Source of the DNA: Squalus acanthias
Lineage: Eukaryota
Direction: 5' to 3'
DNA length: 64,000 nucleotides
Assembly (NCBI GenBank): GCA_030390025.1
Contig: CM059432.1
Location: forward strand, 67,210,001 to 67,274,000
Of this stretch, positions 1 to 13,968 are shown in pieces. Position 1 is the first letter of the stretch. Each line of letters opens with the position of its first letter. A model generated the notes under the pieces. It saw nothing but the letters and a program-made list of their open reading frames with translations, made no database searches and had not been told where the DNA came from. The position numbers were made by a program, and so were the translations under genes.

Positions 1-504
1 CACATTTATAATGGAAACTGTCTATGTAAATAGATCACACTGCATCACTCTCCCGTTAGCAACGGCAACGCATCCACTGGGAGGAGGGTGGGCCAATGTG
101 CAATTACAGCATCACAAGCTTCATTTGCGGTATCCAGTATAAATGTGATAATAGAAATTTAGAATAGAAACCATAGGGCAGCAGTGCACACAGATGCAAG
201 ATTTTTTTTAAAAATACAGACAAAATGCTTGCTCAGCAGTTGTATTTTTATAGGCAAACACTATTTTAAAACCTGTGAATGGCTGACAACCTAATATAGT
301 CATGCAAGATAACTTTAAAAAAAAGTTATTTGGTCCAGTCTATCATTAAAGGGCTTTGAATGTTTTTCTCTGGCTGATTGGCTATGACTAGGTCTATTCT
401 GAAACCATGAAGGTGATCATGATGGCCACACTATATATCCAGTAAGGCAAAATAAAGTGACAAAGTTTGCTACATTTATCTAGATATTGGGCAAGTAAAG
501 GCAC

Positions 505-1864
505 AAGATATCAAGAGACAACTGAACACACTCGATACAGCAAAGGCGATGGGCCCTGACAACATCCCGGCTGTAGTGCTGAAGACTTGTGCTCCAGAAC
601 TAGCTGCGCCTCTAGCCATGCTGTTCCAGTACAGCTACAACACTGGCATTTACCTTACATACTGGAAAATTGCCCAGGTATGTGCTGTCCACAAAAAACA
701 GGACAAATCCAATCCGGCCAATTACCGCCCCATCAGTCTACTCTCAATCATCAGCAAAGTGATGGAAGGTGTCATCAGCAGTGCGATCAAGCAGCACTTG
801 TTCACCAATAACCTGCTCACCAATGGGTCCTGACAGAACCCATTCGGCTCCAGACCTCATTACAGCCTTGGTCCAAACATGGACAAAAGAGCTGAATTCT
901 AGAGGTGAGGCAAGAGTAACTGCCCTCGACATCAAGGCAGCATTTGACCAAGTGTGGCATCAAGGAGCCCTAGTAAAATTGAAGTCAATGGGAATCAGGG
1001 GAAAATTCTCCACTGGCTTGAGTTATACACAGCACAAAGGATGATGATTGTGATTGTTGGAGGTCAATCATCTCAGCCCCAGGACATCGCTGCAGGAGTT
1101 CCTCAGGGCAGTATCCAAGGCCCAACCATCTTCAGCTGCTTCATCAATGACCTTCCCTCCATCACAAGGTCAGAAGTGGCTATGTTCGCTGATGACTGCA
1201 GTGTTCAGTTCCATTTGCAACTCCTCAGATAATGAAGCAGCCCTGGACAATATTCAGACTTGGCCTGATAAGTGGCAAGTAACATTCTCGCCACACAAAT
1301 GCCAGGCAATGACCAACTCCAACAAGAGAGTGTCTAACCACCTCCCCTCGACATTCAACGGCATTACCATCACTGAATCCCCCATCAACATCCTGGGGGG
1401 TCACCATTGACCAGAAACTTAATTGGACCAGCCACATAAATACTGTGGCTACAAGAGCGGGTCAGAGGCTGGGTATTCTGTGGCAAGTGACTCACCTCCT
1501 GACTCCCCAAAGTCTTTCCACCACCTACAAGGCACAAGTCAGGAGTGTGATGGAATACTCTCCACTTGCCGCAACTTCTGCCACCTAGGTCAATAGCAGC
1601 CGCTGCACGGGAACGCCACCACCGCCAAGTTCCCCTCCAAGTCACACACCACCCTGACTTGGAAATGTATTGCCGCTCCTTCACAGTCAGTCAAAATCCA
1701 GGAACTCCCTACTTAACAGCACCGTGGGAGACCTTCACCACCACATGGACTGCAGCGGTTCGAGGAGGCGGCTCACCACCACGTTTACAAGGGCAATTAG
1801 GGATGGGCAATAAATGCTGGCTTTGCCAGCAATGCTCACATCCCGTCAATGAATTAAAAAAAAT
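505..1864 (+). mobile_element. 5'-truncated LINE 'family A' (CR1-group-like RT), frameshifted, with 3' tail and A-run
   Basis: ORF fragments GPDNIPAVVLKTCAPEL, NYRPISLLS, LDIKAAFD, GVPQGS, MFADD; ends ...CATCCCGTCAATGAATTAAAAAAA; homologous to the copies at 25551-28249 and 54826-57823. Confidence 0.9.
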
Positions 1865-1949
1865 TACAAGTGCAGACACCTCTACTTTTTTTTAAAATTT
1901 TAAACCTAAACCACACATGATTTCTAGTTGTTCAGCCAACGGTACGTCA

Positions 1950-3050
1950 AATGTGCAAGTGAGACTGTGAATACGAGCCATCTTAACTACTAGTGACTGA
2001 TCATTCTGTAACAGATTATGGTTGTATCAGTGTTAGTTTGCACACGGTTATCCTTTGGTGTGCTGCCCGTTCAGTAAGATTTGGCATAGCAATACCATCA
2101 TAGTATTTACATTAGATGTAACTTCACACCTCGCTGTCTCGTGTCTCAAGATTGGATTTGGTTTTCATAACTGGGATCGACCCACTCACTAGACTAGCAA
2201 TCATTTGTACTATGCCCAACGTTATAGTTGGAGCACCTGAAATCTCTGGTATCATTCCATGGGTTTCTATTGAGGGCATTGCCTAGCTCCTGAGCAGAGG
2301 ACACAAAGCCAGCTGGGTAAATCTTGCCCGGCTGACTGGTGGAAGGAATCTAGCTGTCCATTCGGTTGCCAGGACTCTCAAAATGATCTGCTTGTTTGCT
2401 TAACTGCCTCAAGGTCTAACACTTCTTGTCAAGCAACCATATCCTGATAACCAAAACCACTTCCAGGAATTGATCAGTTAATATTAGTTGACAGACTATT
2501 ACAATCGGTTAGATTTTACCCACATAACCATAATTTCCAAATATCTTCCAGCTCTACGACTTCTCTGCAAGTACTATAACTCAGCTTTCTGTAACTTCTT
2601 AAATTTTTGTCTGTATGCTTCAGGCATTAAGTCATAAGCAATGACAACGCTTTACAATTTTTTCATCCACCTGGTCAGTCGGAGCAATGCAAAAAACACC
2701 AAACTTCTTGTTCACTTATGATGGTTTGCTAATTACTTTTATTTTTCATCCCCTTCTCTAAAATTTATCAAGTTGAAATTCATGAAATTAGTCCCAGCAT
2801 TATGGGCTAAATAAACTGCACCCTCACGATCAGATTCACGGTCAATACACCCTTCTCTGCCAGTTCAAGATCAAGCAGTGGTGTCTTCCTCTAGCTTCTG
2901 TTGTCCTGCTTCTTTACAATCTCCAATTTTAGCATCTCAAGCTGGAATTCACATCCTTTGCTATCTCCACAGCAACTAAACAAGCTAATTCTCTCAGTCT
3001 ATGTTTTTGAGCCCTTGTGGATATTAAATACCTTGAAAAATAAAGTGACC
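1950..3050 (-). mobile_element. Highly decayed Gmr1-like Gypsy gag/SCAN-related relic
   Basis: Minus strand of 2592-2639 translates AYDLMPEAYRQKFKKL, resembling the AYELVPEAYRQKF motif of Gmr1-like gag; surrounding frame broken; boundaries approximate. Confidence 0.5.
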
Positions 3051-4197
3051 AGGATCAAGCCAACTTTAGTATCTGTTTTCTAAATTTAAAAAAGCACCCA
3101 AACACACATTTCAACAAACCCCACAAGATCTCTATTTATATAACTTGACTCCTCAAATACGAAGCAAAGTGATTAAAATTTTTAACAATTGTATCAAATT
3201 AACTACACACGATTTATATGAGTGATGGCATTTTTTAATCCCTCGCATAACAGAATTAAAGTAGCCAATATCATTTTAAATCTTGGGCAAAATGCTTCAC
3301 TTTTCTCTGAGTTCACAAAGTGGAACATTTCATAATTCACTGGTTTGATTGCAAGTACTGTAAATCACAGTCTAAAGCATGGGGCATGACTCAAAAAAGT
3401 ACAACAGTTATTCAGTGCAACAAACACCTCACTATAAAACCAAACTGAAAATTCCCAACCTTGGACAAATCTGCCACAGAATCTACTTTGCCCTGCTGCA
3501 GAATTTGATAGTTTGCTGCAGAAATTGATCTTGGGCTGCTGCAGAATCCTAAGGGCTTGATCATAACATACTCTCCCACAACATACAACTGCAATAGGTT
3601 AATGGAACGATTTTGTATAACGTGAAAATTAAAATAAGCACGCTGTGTACAATAATATATTCAAATCAAAGGCTATCGCTAACCAGTATGTGGCGCCACA
3701 GTATAGTGGGATGCAGAATCAATCACTAAATACACCGAGTTTCCAATTTCAGCTACACTATTGCAGTGACCATACATTTTTGGCCACTCTTGTGCACCCC
3801 CTTGTGGTCAGCTGACAGCAAACAGCCATTGGTGAATAGCAGGAAGAGGGTTGGGGGAGAACTGAAGGATTCATACTCTCAAAAAAGAGAATGCCATGTG
3901 CCCATTATTGTTTGGCCTCTATCATACTCCCTGTCCAGATTAATTAAGCCCTGCAGAAACTAAGACACAATAATAAAGTGAAGTATTTTTCAAAAAACAG
4001 GATTAATTTAACAGACTAAAATATGCAATTCATAAACACTGCACAAAGATGAAGCCCAAGTGTCTAATCCTGAATAAAAAATTATGCATGAATGAATCAT
4101 GCACTTAGTAAGTCGTAGTGGATTCCTAGGTGAGAATCTGAGCTCCAACAGTATTTATTGTGGAACTACTGAACATTGATAATTCATGAAAACCTAC

Positions 4198-4400
4198 TTT
4201 GTGAGTTTTTGCTTAATATCCTCCACAGAACGTTCATAATTGCTGTATGCATTTTCAAACTTTGTCAGCAGTTTTTGAAAAGAATGGGTGCAGTCCTCCA
4301 AATTGGCCATAATGGCAGCCCAACCTTGATGCTGAAGATGTTCATCATGGACCAATCTTTCACAGAATGAACAAAGTTTCTTTGCAACCTCATACATCTC
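4198..4400 (-). CDS. RB1CC1: RB1-inducible coiled-coil protein 1 (FIP200), 4th coding exon (203 nt); gene continues beyond the left edge
   Basis: EMYEVAKKLCSFCERLVHDEHLQHQGWAAIMANLEDC...; acceptor ttggctag| and donor |gtaggt; phase 0 start fits the preceding exon. Confidence 0.95.
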
Positions 4401-4744
4401 CTAGCCAAGAAAACAAAAGCACAGAGCAAGTCAGCTTATTTCTATGGTAACTTAAGCAAATAGATCAGAATGCATTGCAATACTTTATTATCCAAATATT
4501 TCCACTAATATGCTGTCAATGCTTCAGATTTATATTCCTTTGATAGCAATAAAAAAAAAACTGAAAAAATGTGAGGATTTCTAATTAATAGGCTGACTGA
4601 AAAACATCAAGTATTCTAATCAAACAATTCAATCACAACATTTTTGTACATCATAGATCTGTATCTGGACTGGAACCTCACCAGAAATGTATCTGTACTT
4701 GTTTTTTGCATTGGTTTGTACATGGTGATTTTAGCATCATACAT

Positions 4745-5175
4745 TTAATAAAGACATATATTGCCTTTCATGATCTCAAGATGTCTAAAAGTGCTTCACA
4801 GCCAATAAATTACTTTTGAAACTTAGTAACTGTTTTGTAGGCAACATTGCAGCCAATTTGCACACAGCAAGTTCCACTAACGGCAAATGATATAAATCAC
4901 CAGTTCATCTGTTTTTGGCGGTGTCCATCAAGGGATAAATGTTGACCAGGAGAACTGCCCTGCTCTTCTTCAAATAGTACTACAAGATCGCTTACATCCA
5001 CCTAAACAGGCACACTCAGTCCAATATCACATCTGAAAGATGGCAACTCCAGCAATCGCTTAGTACGGCACTAAAGTGTCAGCCTAGATCATGTGTTTTA
5101 AGTCCTAGAGTGGGGCTTGAACTCACTATCTTCTGGCTTGAGGTGAGTGTGCCATTACTGAGCCAAGCTGACACT
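4745..5175 (-). mobile_element. tRNA-derived Deu-domain SINE, diverged
   Basis: Colinear with the better-preserved copy at 31162-31613; A-box/B-box-like head near 5115-5165. Confidence 0.75.
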
Positions 5176-5729
5176 GCAAGTTAGGGAAGAGCATTGACTA
5201 TATAACAAAAACCAAGAAATCACAATTATAATGTACAGAACCTGCTTGCAAAACTGACCAAAATTAATGGTCCAATGCTTTAAGATACGTTTTGCTGAAA
5301 TATAGACAGTATTTAGATGGAGATGAAAAGTGGAACTGAATAGATTGTATAGGTGTGAAGAATCCGGAGAAGAAAAAACAGTGTGTAATATGGCAACAGT
5401 CCTCCAGATCAGGCTGGTAACACAAACTCTGATGGGCAGATTCTCAAAGCACGCATCAAGCCTATCTTAAGTATACAAGGTAATATATGCACTAAAGGCC
5501 TAGAAAACTCAGGATGGCTTTGCAACTTGTCCACCTGATGCCATGACATTTTCTTGACTGGATCAGATTAGGCTTCATTAACACATTAATAAAAAACTTA
5601 TTCATTTTCAATATTCAGAGATAGCAATTAAAATCTACCTGTAGGCTAGTCACCATTTCAGCTTCACTGTATGATTTTGCATATCCTTAAAATATGGTTG
5701 CAAAAAAGTTGACAGAAAAGGGAGAAAGA

Positions 5730-7700
5730 GCTCATCAAGAATGAAACCTTAGGGACGTATGAAGTAACCTTGCCAGTGGAGGAAGAGAAGTCTTTGCAAG
5801 AAATGCGCTTGTTAGGCTGAATAAGGCAGAGTAGTCAACTGCATTAAAAGGAGTTGAAGAGGTGGTCAAGTAGGAACAATGTGTTGCATTTGCAGTCACA
5901 CAAGATATTGTCGGTGACTCTGACCAGGGCAATTTCAGTGTTGTGGCAAGACAAAAACAGGGACTAAAGGAATTCAAACAAGGAGTGTTGAGATTGTCAA
6001 TAATGTGTCCAGAATCTTGGGAGAGGAATGAAAGGTTAAGAATGGAGAGATAGCTGGAGTTCAACAATGAGCTTTTTTGAGGAGGGGGTTGCTGACATTA
6101 GTTCTAAAGGCTTGCGGCAGGGCGGGTGGGAACAGTACCCAAAGAAAGGAAGCAATTCACCCTGTACACAAGCAATGAACAAAGGACTGTTAGTTGATTG
6201 ATCAGGACCTGGATGAGCAGGAGTTCAAGGAGCAGCAGTGGATATCTCGTGGAGTTGAGTCTAATGCTAGCTGGGGGGCCATTTTTGTCTAGTATAGCAT
6301 TGTAGCAGTCCCTTTAACTTAGTCACAAGACTAAATGTAGTTTAAGAAAACAGGGTCATGCCCCCAGACGAATTTGAAACAAATATTTGAAAGATTTGAA
6401 AGTGTTTCCAAAGCTGAGGGAGGAGCCAAGCCACATTCAAATAAACAAATATTGTGTGGTTGGCTCAATGATGTATATGACTGGCAGTTACTTTTACTCA
6501 ACAAGTTGAGATGAATCAAGGTCAGAAACATCAGAAAGAAAGGTTAGACTAGTTTAGCTGCCACACTTAGAAAGACTAATGGAGGTCCAGGTAGCTGAAG
6601 GCTCCATCAACACCGGTGGGGAGAAGGGAAGAAGGGACATGTACAAGGTCAGATGAACAAAGCTCTCAGAAAGGGTTATAGGGCTGGAGTTAGAGTGGGC
6701 ATGACCATGGAAGGATTTATAGAGGAGGATGAGGATTTCAATTGCATACTGGATAGGGAGTCCAGTGGTCAATTAGAATAGGGTTGATGGCTGAGCAGGA
6801 CTTAAGTCTGGGACAGTATGCAAGTGGCAGATATTTAGACAAGCAGAGATTAGAGGTAGGAGGATGGGTAGATCAGCAAGGCGGCAGGTACGTGCAAGGG
6901 TTTCAGTTGCAGAAGGGCTGAGGCGGGCAATGTTGCAGAGGTGCAAGTAAGTGGTCTTGCACATACATAGAGTGTGGGGTTTAAAGCTCAGCTATGGATC
7001 AAAAAAGACAAGATTGTGACTGGTCTGGATCAGCTTGAGAGAATGGTCAGCTTAGAAGGAGATGGAATCAGTGGCCAAGAAGCAGAGTTCGTGGCTTCAG
7101 TCATACAGATATTGAGCTGAAGATAGTTGCGACAACATAGACTTGTGACAACATAGACTTAATGTCAGTCAAGAAGTCAGGACAGTGCAGAGGCAAATCA
7201 AAAAAAATCATGGCGACACAGAGCTAGGTGTCATCAGCATACAGGTGGAAGCTGACCCCATTCCTGAGGAAAACAGTACCAAGGACCAGTATGTAGACCA
7301 GGAGGAGGAAGTGGATTAAGAAATGACTCCAGTTGGATCCCTGGGGGGACTCAAGGCGACAGTGCAGAGAAAAGAGGCCACTGATAAAGATGCACTGGCT
7401 ACATTTGCAGAAGTAGGGACCACAAAGGGCAGCCCAATGGTGCTAAATGACAGAAGAGGCGCTATAGGATAGTGTGCTCAACCACGTTAAACACTGTAAA
7501 TAGATCAAAAACAAGGCGGCATAATGCACCGCAATCACAGGCTGTTTTTGTGCAGTGAAAAGGGCAGAAGGATTCAAACAGGCTTCTGGAGAGATCAGAG
7601 ATGACAATGCAGTGGAAAAGGAGAAGTTAGAAATGGGGCAAGAACTGGAGAAGACAGATGGGTCAAGTGTATAATAACAGCAATTTTGAGAGAGTATATC
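5730..7700 (-). mobile_element. Old decayed L2-like LINE fragments
   Basis: Degenerate RT motifs on the minus strand (HLYADD near 7230-7250; GSKLE/GS-LGP region near 7280-7350); similar to the plus-strand L2 relic at 19300-22600. Confidence 0.6.
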
Positions 7701-7763
7701 AACAGTAACTACAAAATAAGATTGTGATCATTTTCAACCCAAGATGGGATCTCAAAAGATATT

Positions 7764-8558
7764 GGCCTGGAACTTGCAGTCCTGATGACGGCGATCTGGC
7801 AGCGTTCGGCGTCATTTCACTTTTGAAAGTGACCACAACTTCAGGATTTAGGGCATGTGCAGCCCAATGCAGAAGTCCTGAAGTTGCGGTCTGTCATTCA
7901 CTGCTGCTCCACAGGCTGCGCTGTGGACCCCCTCCAATGCTGACAATCAGTGTAATCTGTCAAATCATGGAAACTGACAAAAACTTTGGCTCTTCCACGG
8001 TAATACTGCTATTAAATTCCCCATTAATACTGCTATTAAATTCCCCATTAAAAGTTGGACCATTTTGGATTAGGTGTAACTGGGGTTTTAACAGCATATT
8101 GACTGCTAAATAAGCGTTATGTATGGCCCTGAAAAACTAATTTTAATTTTGTGGAGTGTCAAATGTATCCATTTTAATAAAAATTACAAATTAAGAAACT
8201 TTTAGAAAAAAATTAATATTTTTAAAAAAATTGTTCATCTTTACTTCAGGTTTGCCTTTTCCCATGTGAGCCCTCATCTTTGTTTTGCTCTCGCTAACAT
8301 TTAAATAAAAATTAAAATCAAATCAAAAGGAGCTTACCCACTTCCTGGTTCCCTGTCTGAGAATTCTGCATTTTGATTGGCTGCTTAGACAGTCTGTTGA
8401 CGTCGCAGCAGCTTGCGTCAGGAATTTCCCATTAGCTTGCGTTGATTTCAATTACGCGTCGGAAAAGCCAAAATTCTCGCCAAAGATCTTTGTGCAAAGC
8501 TTACTTCAGGGCTAGCGGCAAACGCCTTTGCTTCGCCGCTGACCGCAAATTACTAGCA
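7764..8558. mobile_element. Harbinger-type MITE
   Basis: Degenerate TIRs GGCCTGGAACTTGC / GCAAATTACTAGCA, flanked by ATT on both sides; homologous to 19871-20827. Confidence 0.7.
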
Positions 8559-11550
8559 ATTAATTGTAAGATACAGGAACAATCCAATTTTTGATTCACA
8601 TCAGCACCTGGGGATCCTCAGCGATGCTATCAGTATGGAAGCATATTAATAAAGGATAATAGGGCACTTTGTTGTTATGAAGAAAGATGAAAAAAGCAGT
8701 CATAATGCAGGTCAAATTAAGTGTAAAAGGCATTATTTCTTCATGGTTCAGAACTCCTCGGCATGCAATAGAAAGAACTCCTCCAACCCAGGTGTGATAT
8801 CCAGGATCAAGTTGCAAAGCAGATTTGTACAAAAATGGGAAGCGGCTGCAGGGGAGGGAGGGCGGGCTCCAGTCCACATTGACCTATCACAGAACACTCT
8901 GGGGGGAAGTCAGCCTCACGGTGGGCATGTCTCTTTGAAAATGTTCCTTATAAAAAGGACCTGAATTATGCAGTTGCGGATTAATAAGCCTAGTATCAGA
9001 CTAGGTATAAAACATCATGGTGGCTGACACGATCCAAGCTGCCCTGTATAGGCCTTTCCACCACACTGAAAGCAGATGGCAATAATAAAGTTGAAAAAGA
9101 AACTGAGCTGCTGGAAGACATTATCTGGAAGCCAGATATTAGAACATACACAGATCCATCTCTTCCAGGTTGAGCGGTCTTCAAGATCACACACCTAGCA
9201 ATGGAAATTCAGAACCAAGTCAACTGTCTGTGTAATGCAGGCAGGTCTGCAGTACTCCAGGGTACTATTAACTGGCCAGCCAATCTCAATAATGGAACCT
9301 GGAGGGGTAGCCCCATCACTGGGATTCTTCACCCTCAGCTCCAGATAACCCTGCAAACCAAGGGGCAGCTAGATAAGTACATGAGGGACAAAGGAATAGA
9401 AGGATATGCAGGTAGAATTAGATGATGAAGTAGTCTTGTGTGGAGCATAAACTCCAGCATAAACCAGTTGGGCCAAATGGCCTGTTTCTGTGCTGTAAAT
9501 TCTATGTAGTGGGTAGGGTGGCACTGTGGCACGGTCTGGACAAGCAACTAGAAGATTAACGGTGCTCTGTACTGGTAAATTGTGTACTTTTAGCTGTTAA
9601 ACTCAGTGCACACTTGAGGATTTCATAAACTTTGGCTCTGCAAGCCTGCACAGAAGCTCTCCCATCTTAGGTAAGCAATATGTGTACCTATGGGACAGAG
9701 TGCACACTCTGTATAGGGAAAATACAATTCTACACATGCAGACCTCTCAGTTGGTTCAGAGACTGAAACAAGTGATGGCTTTTGCATGTGTCAGTGATCC
9801 AGCTGACAAAATGAAATTCAGCGCAGAAGCTAAGTGAGGACAGTAGGGAAGAGATGAGACGAAGTCATCAGTGGGCAAGGGGTGGGATTTGGGAAAGCAG
9901 TAAACAAAGAATTTTGCAGAACAGGTGGGAGGAATGGTAAAAGAAGCGCTAAAAAAGGAGGAAGTATCTGATGAAAAGAACAGGTTAAAACAGGGTTTGA
10001 AGGTGAATCTCTAATTCCTTAGGAGGTATGCTGTAAATATTTAATTATTTTGTGCTCCATCAACCACTTTGGACTGTAAGTTTTCAGAAAAAAATATAAT
10101 TGCCCCTCATAACGGACTACGACAGTAACTCGCTAGATACTAAGCAGGTTTACATGGCGCATGCACTGTTTGACAACTCCGATGACTGTGAACAAGGTTC
10201 CTCCTCATTAGCAATGCTGTACCATTATTGTACGTTCTTGTTGCAATTTTTTCATTTTAATTCATGTGCTGCATTTGAAGCAAGACAATAAAAAGGTTGG
10301 TTTCATCATTCTGGAGTCCCTTGCAAATGATTTTCATTTTCCATGTACAATATGCACCCCCTAAAAAGTGCACAACATAATTGATACGTTACTGTGGCAA
10401 GACTGCAGAAAAAAGTGAAAATTATTCAGATAGGGCGTTCAAACTGGAAAGAACTTCAGGGAGTAGCAAATGACATTTTTAATTTTTGGCCAGCATCATA
10501 AGGGAACTTGCACAAGTGCCTTACGTGAACAAAAAAAATAATTACTACAAAATCCAGTTCATAAATTGCATCTCCACATATTTTATTAATTGCACCCATA
10601 GATTTTTTTTTGGTTACGCTTCTGTGAACATTTTTGTACATTTAGGACATTTTTCTACATTGCAATGCTGTTCTTGGATTGGAAGTAGGGTACACTGATG
10701 CGATGTAATATTTTATATCTGTTTCAAGCCAGGGGGCATTCATTACTCTTTATTTGAAGACCACAGTTTATTCAAGCCTGAGCAATGACTTGCTCAAGAA
10801 CTACACTCCTGAACATTGATTTGTTTGAGGGTCACTTTTAAAGATTCACTATAAAATGATTGTGTGCTTATTTTCCCTTTTTCTTTTTAAAAAAAAGAAA
10901 ATATTGTTTCCCTACCTTCACTTGTTCTCTTTATCCCCAGCTCCAGCAACATGCAGAGCCGATGGCCAGTGAATTAGGATGCACATTCCCATTATAAATA
11001 TCCAAATATTAGTAAAGCACATTTAATTACAATTTTTGAACAGTCCAAAAATGTCATCGACCTCCACAGTGAGTACTCATGTGAGACTTCCACTCGCATT
11101 CTAGAAGCCCACTAGCCATTCAGGAAGGAGGGGTGGCGAGAGAAAGAGGAAGCAAGGTAGGAAGGAAGCTCTCCATCAAATTATTTTTTTATAAAATTGC
11201 ACCCAAATAGCATTAAGCTATAGAATATCTAACTAAAATCCTACAACAAAAAGGATCACCCTCATGCATTAACACTTTTAATTGGAGTGCTACAATCTAA
11301 CAAAAGTGGCCAAAAAACAAAATCGCTAGTAGAGCAAGGACAAACCAGGCATCTTTCTGCATAGAGTGTCACTTCTGTAGATCAGAAGCATCCTGATTGA
11401 TCAACAGTGCCACAATGATTTATAGAACCATTTGCACTCCATGACAGAGATTCAACACTTTACATTAACTCAGAAGATACATCAACAACTTTCAGTAACT
11501 TGTGTTAAATACAGACAAATTACATACATAGATATGTTTATTAACCTTAC

Positions 11551-11721
11551 CACAGCAAGCTGAGTTCTAGAGGCAACTGTGTGAAAGACAGCTGGCATCA
11601 TAAGGGACTCCTCCACTTTCAGCCCCATCTCATTTTCTGCAGAAAACGTCGTCTTAGGAATAGTTGGTGCACGGTCACACAGAATCATCTCTTTGTTGTA
11701 CAGAAATATGGGATTTGTATC
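11551..11721 (-). CDS. RB1CC1: RB1CC1 3rd coding exon (171 nt)
   Basis: DTNPIFLYNKEMILCDRAPTIPKTTFSAENEMGLKVEESLMMPAVFHTVASRTQLAV; cacag| and |gtaagg; phase 0/0. Confidence 0.95.
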
Positions 11722-11757
11722 CTGTGGTTTAAACATTTATAAAAAGGAGTGAAGCTT

Positions 11758-12812
11758 AACATAAAAACATAAGAAATAAGAGCAGGAATAGACCACTTGG
11801 CCCCTCGAGCCTGCTTCGCCATTCGATAAGATCATGGCTGATCTTGGGCTCAAAGCCACTTCCCCGCCTGCTCCCCATAACCCTTCACTCCCTTATCTTG
11901 CAAAAAACCTGTCTATCTCCATTTTAAATGTATTTAATGACCCAGCCTCCACAGCTCTCTGGGGCAGAGAATTCCACAGATTTACGACCCTCAGAGAAGA
12001 AATTCCTCCTCATCTCAGTTCTAAAAGGGCGACCCTTTATTCTAAAACTGTGCCCCCGCGTTCCAGATTTCCCCATGAGGGGAAACATCCTCTCTGCATC
12101 TACCTTGTCGTGCCCCCTCAGTATCTTATATGTTTCAATAAGATCACCTCTCATTCTTCTAAATTCCAATGTATAGGCCCAGCCTGCTCAACCATTCCTC
12201 ATAAGTCAATCCCCTAAGCTCTGGAATTAACCTAGTGAATCGTCTCTGAACTGCCTCCAATGCAAGTATATCCTTCCTTAAATAAGGAGACCAAAACTGT
12301 ACGCAGTACTCAAGGTGTGGTCTCACCAATACCCTGTACAGTTGTAGCAGGACTTCCCTGCTTTTATACTCCAACCTCTTTGAAATAAAGGCCAAAATTC
12401 CATTTACCTTTTTGATTACTTGCTGTACCTGCATGCTAACTTTGTGTTTCATGCACAAGGACCCCCAGGTCCCTCTGAACTGTAGCATTTTTGTAATCTC
12501 TCTCCATTTAAATAATAATTTGCTTTTTTATTTTTCCTGCCAAAGTGTATAACCTCGCACTTTCCCACATTACACTCCATCTGCCAAATGTTTGCCCACT
12601 CACTTAGCCTGTCTATATCCCTTTGCAGGTTCTTTGAGTCCTCTGCACAACTTGCTTTCCCACCCATCTTTGTATCATCCGCAAACTTGGCTACATTACA
12701 CTCGGTCCCTTCATCCAAGTCATTAATGTAGATTGTAAATAGTTGAGGCCCGAGCACTGATCCCTGTGGCACCCCACTAGTTACCTTTTGCCAACCGGAA
12801 AATTACCCATTT
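11758..12812 (-). mobile_element. CR1 LINE 3' fragment
   Basis: [35 protein letters not shown]; short-repeat 3' tail. Confidence 0.9.
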
Positions 12813-13104
12813 AAATTTAACTAAATGCATTCGAAGTGTCTTCTTACAGGACAGGAATGAGTAGCAGCTTAGTTATGGAAACTTATTAGAACACCCTGCT
12901 AGTCTTAAAGCATGACAACAGTAGAAATTTATATAAGTGATCATATCGTTAATGACTGTTCATCAATTAAAATGACTATACAGATCACATTCTATCATAT
13001 ACATTTCAAATTGATGCATGGATTCAATCCATATGTACTGTGCTAAATACTGAAAAAAAGTTGCAATTTAATAACAAAGGAGTAAAGCCAAGGCAACCAA
13101 TATT

Positions 13105-13968
13105 GGCAGATCATGGTGAGGTTAGTTATAGGCTTCAGGATGACATAGGCAGGATGGTGAAATGGGCAGAAGCATGGCAGATGGAGTTCAATGTGGAGAA
13201 GTGCGAAGTGATGCACTTTGGGAGGACTAATGAAAAGACAGTATATTATAAATGGTACAATTTTGAAAAGTGTAGATGAGCAGAGACACCTTGGTGTCCA
13301 CATACACAAATACTTAAAGGTGGCAAGGTTGATAGTGGTTGAAAAAACATAGGTTACTTGGGTTTATGAACAGAGGAATAGAATATAAAAGCAAAGACAT
13401 CATGCTAGAACTTTACAAACCACTGGTTAGGCCTCAGCTGGAGTATTGTGGAGAATTCTGGGCACCACACTTCAGGAAAGATGTAATGGCCTTACAAAAG
13501 GTACAGAAGGTTTACCAGGATGTTGCCAGGGATGAGACACTTCAGTTATGAAGAGAGGTTGGAAAAGTTAGTATTGTCCTCCTTGGAACAGAGATGGTTA
13601 AGAGGTGACCTAATAGAGATTTTCAAGATGATGAGAGGTTTTGATAAAGTAAATAGGGAAAAAGTATTTCCTATGGTGAGTGGGTCAATAACTAGAGGTC
13701 ATAGATTAAAAATCATCGCCAAAAGATCTAGAGGGGAGATGAGGAAAATTTCTTTCCAGAGTTGTCGGGATCTGGAATGTTCTACCTTAAAAAGGTGATG
13801 GAAGCAGATTCCATAAATAATTTTAAAAGGGAGGTGGACGGGTATTTGAGGATGAGGAACTTACAGGGTTACAGACAAAAATTGGGGATGTGGGACTAAG
13901 CACGACTGCTCTTTCAAAGAGCCAGCACAGGCACGAAGAGCCGAATGACCTCCTTCTATGATTCTATG
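13105..13968 (+). mobile_element. CR1 LINE 3' fragment
   Basis: WQMEFNVEKC, RPQLEYC, RGDLIE; ends TTCTATGATTCTATG. Confidence 0.9.

Noticed and set aside
54..70. RFX X-box-like GTTAGCAACGGCAAC
   Set aside because: A single imperfect motif with no conservation evidence available.
8000..8050. Short direct repeats (also ~7130-7160 and ~16848-16887) as CRISPR-like or regulatory arrays
   Set aside because: Only two adjacent units with no spacers; ordinary slippage duplications in eukaryotic DNA.
10905..11000. Possible alternative RB1CC1 exon ending at AG|GTAGGG (~10916)
   Set aside because: No convincing acceptor or FIP200-like translation; the flanking exons already join in frame.
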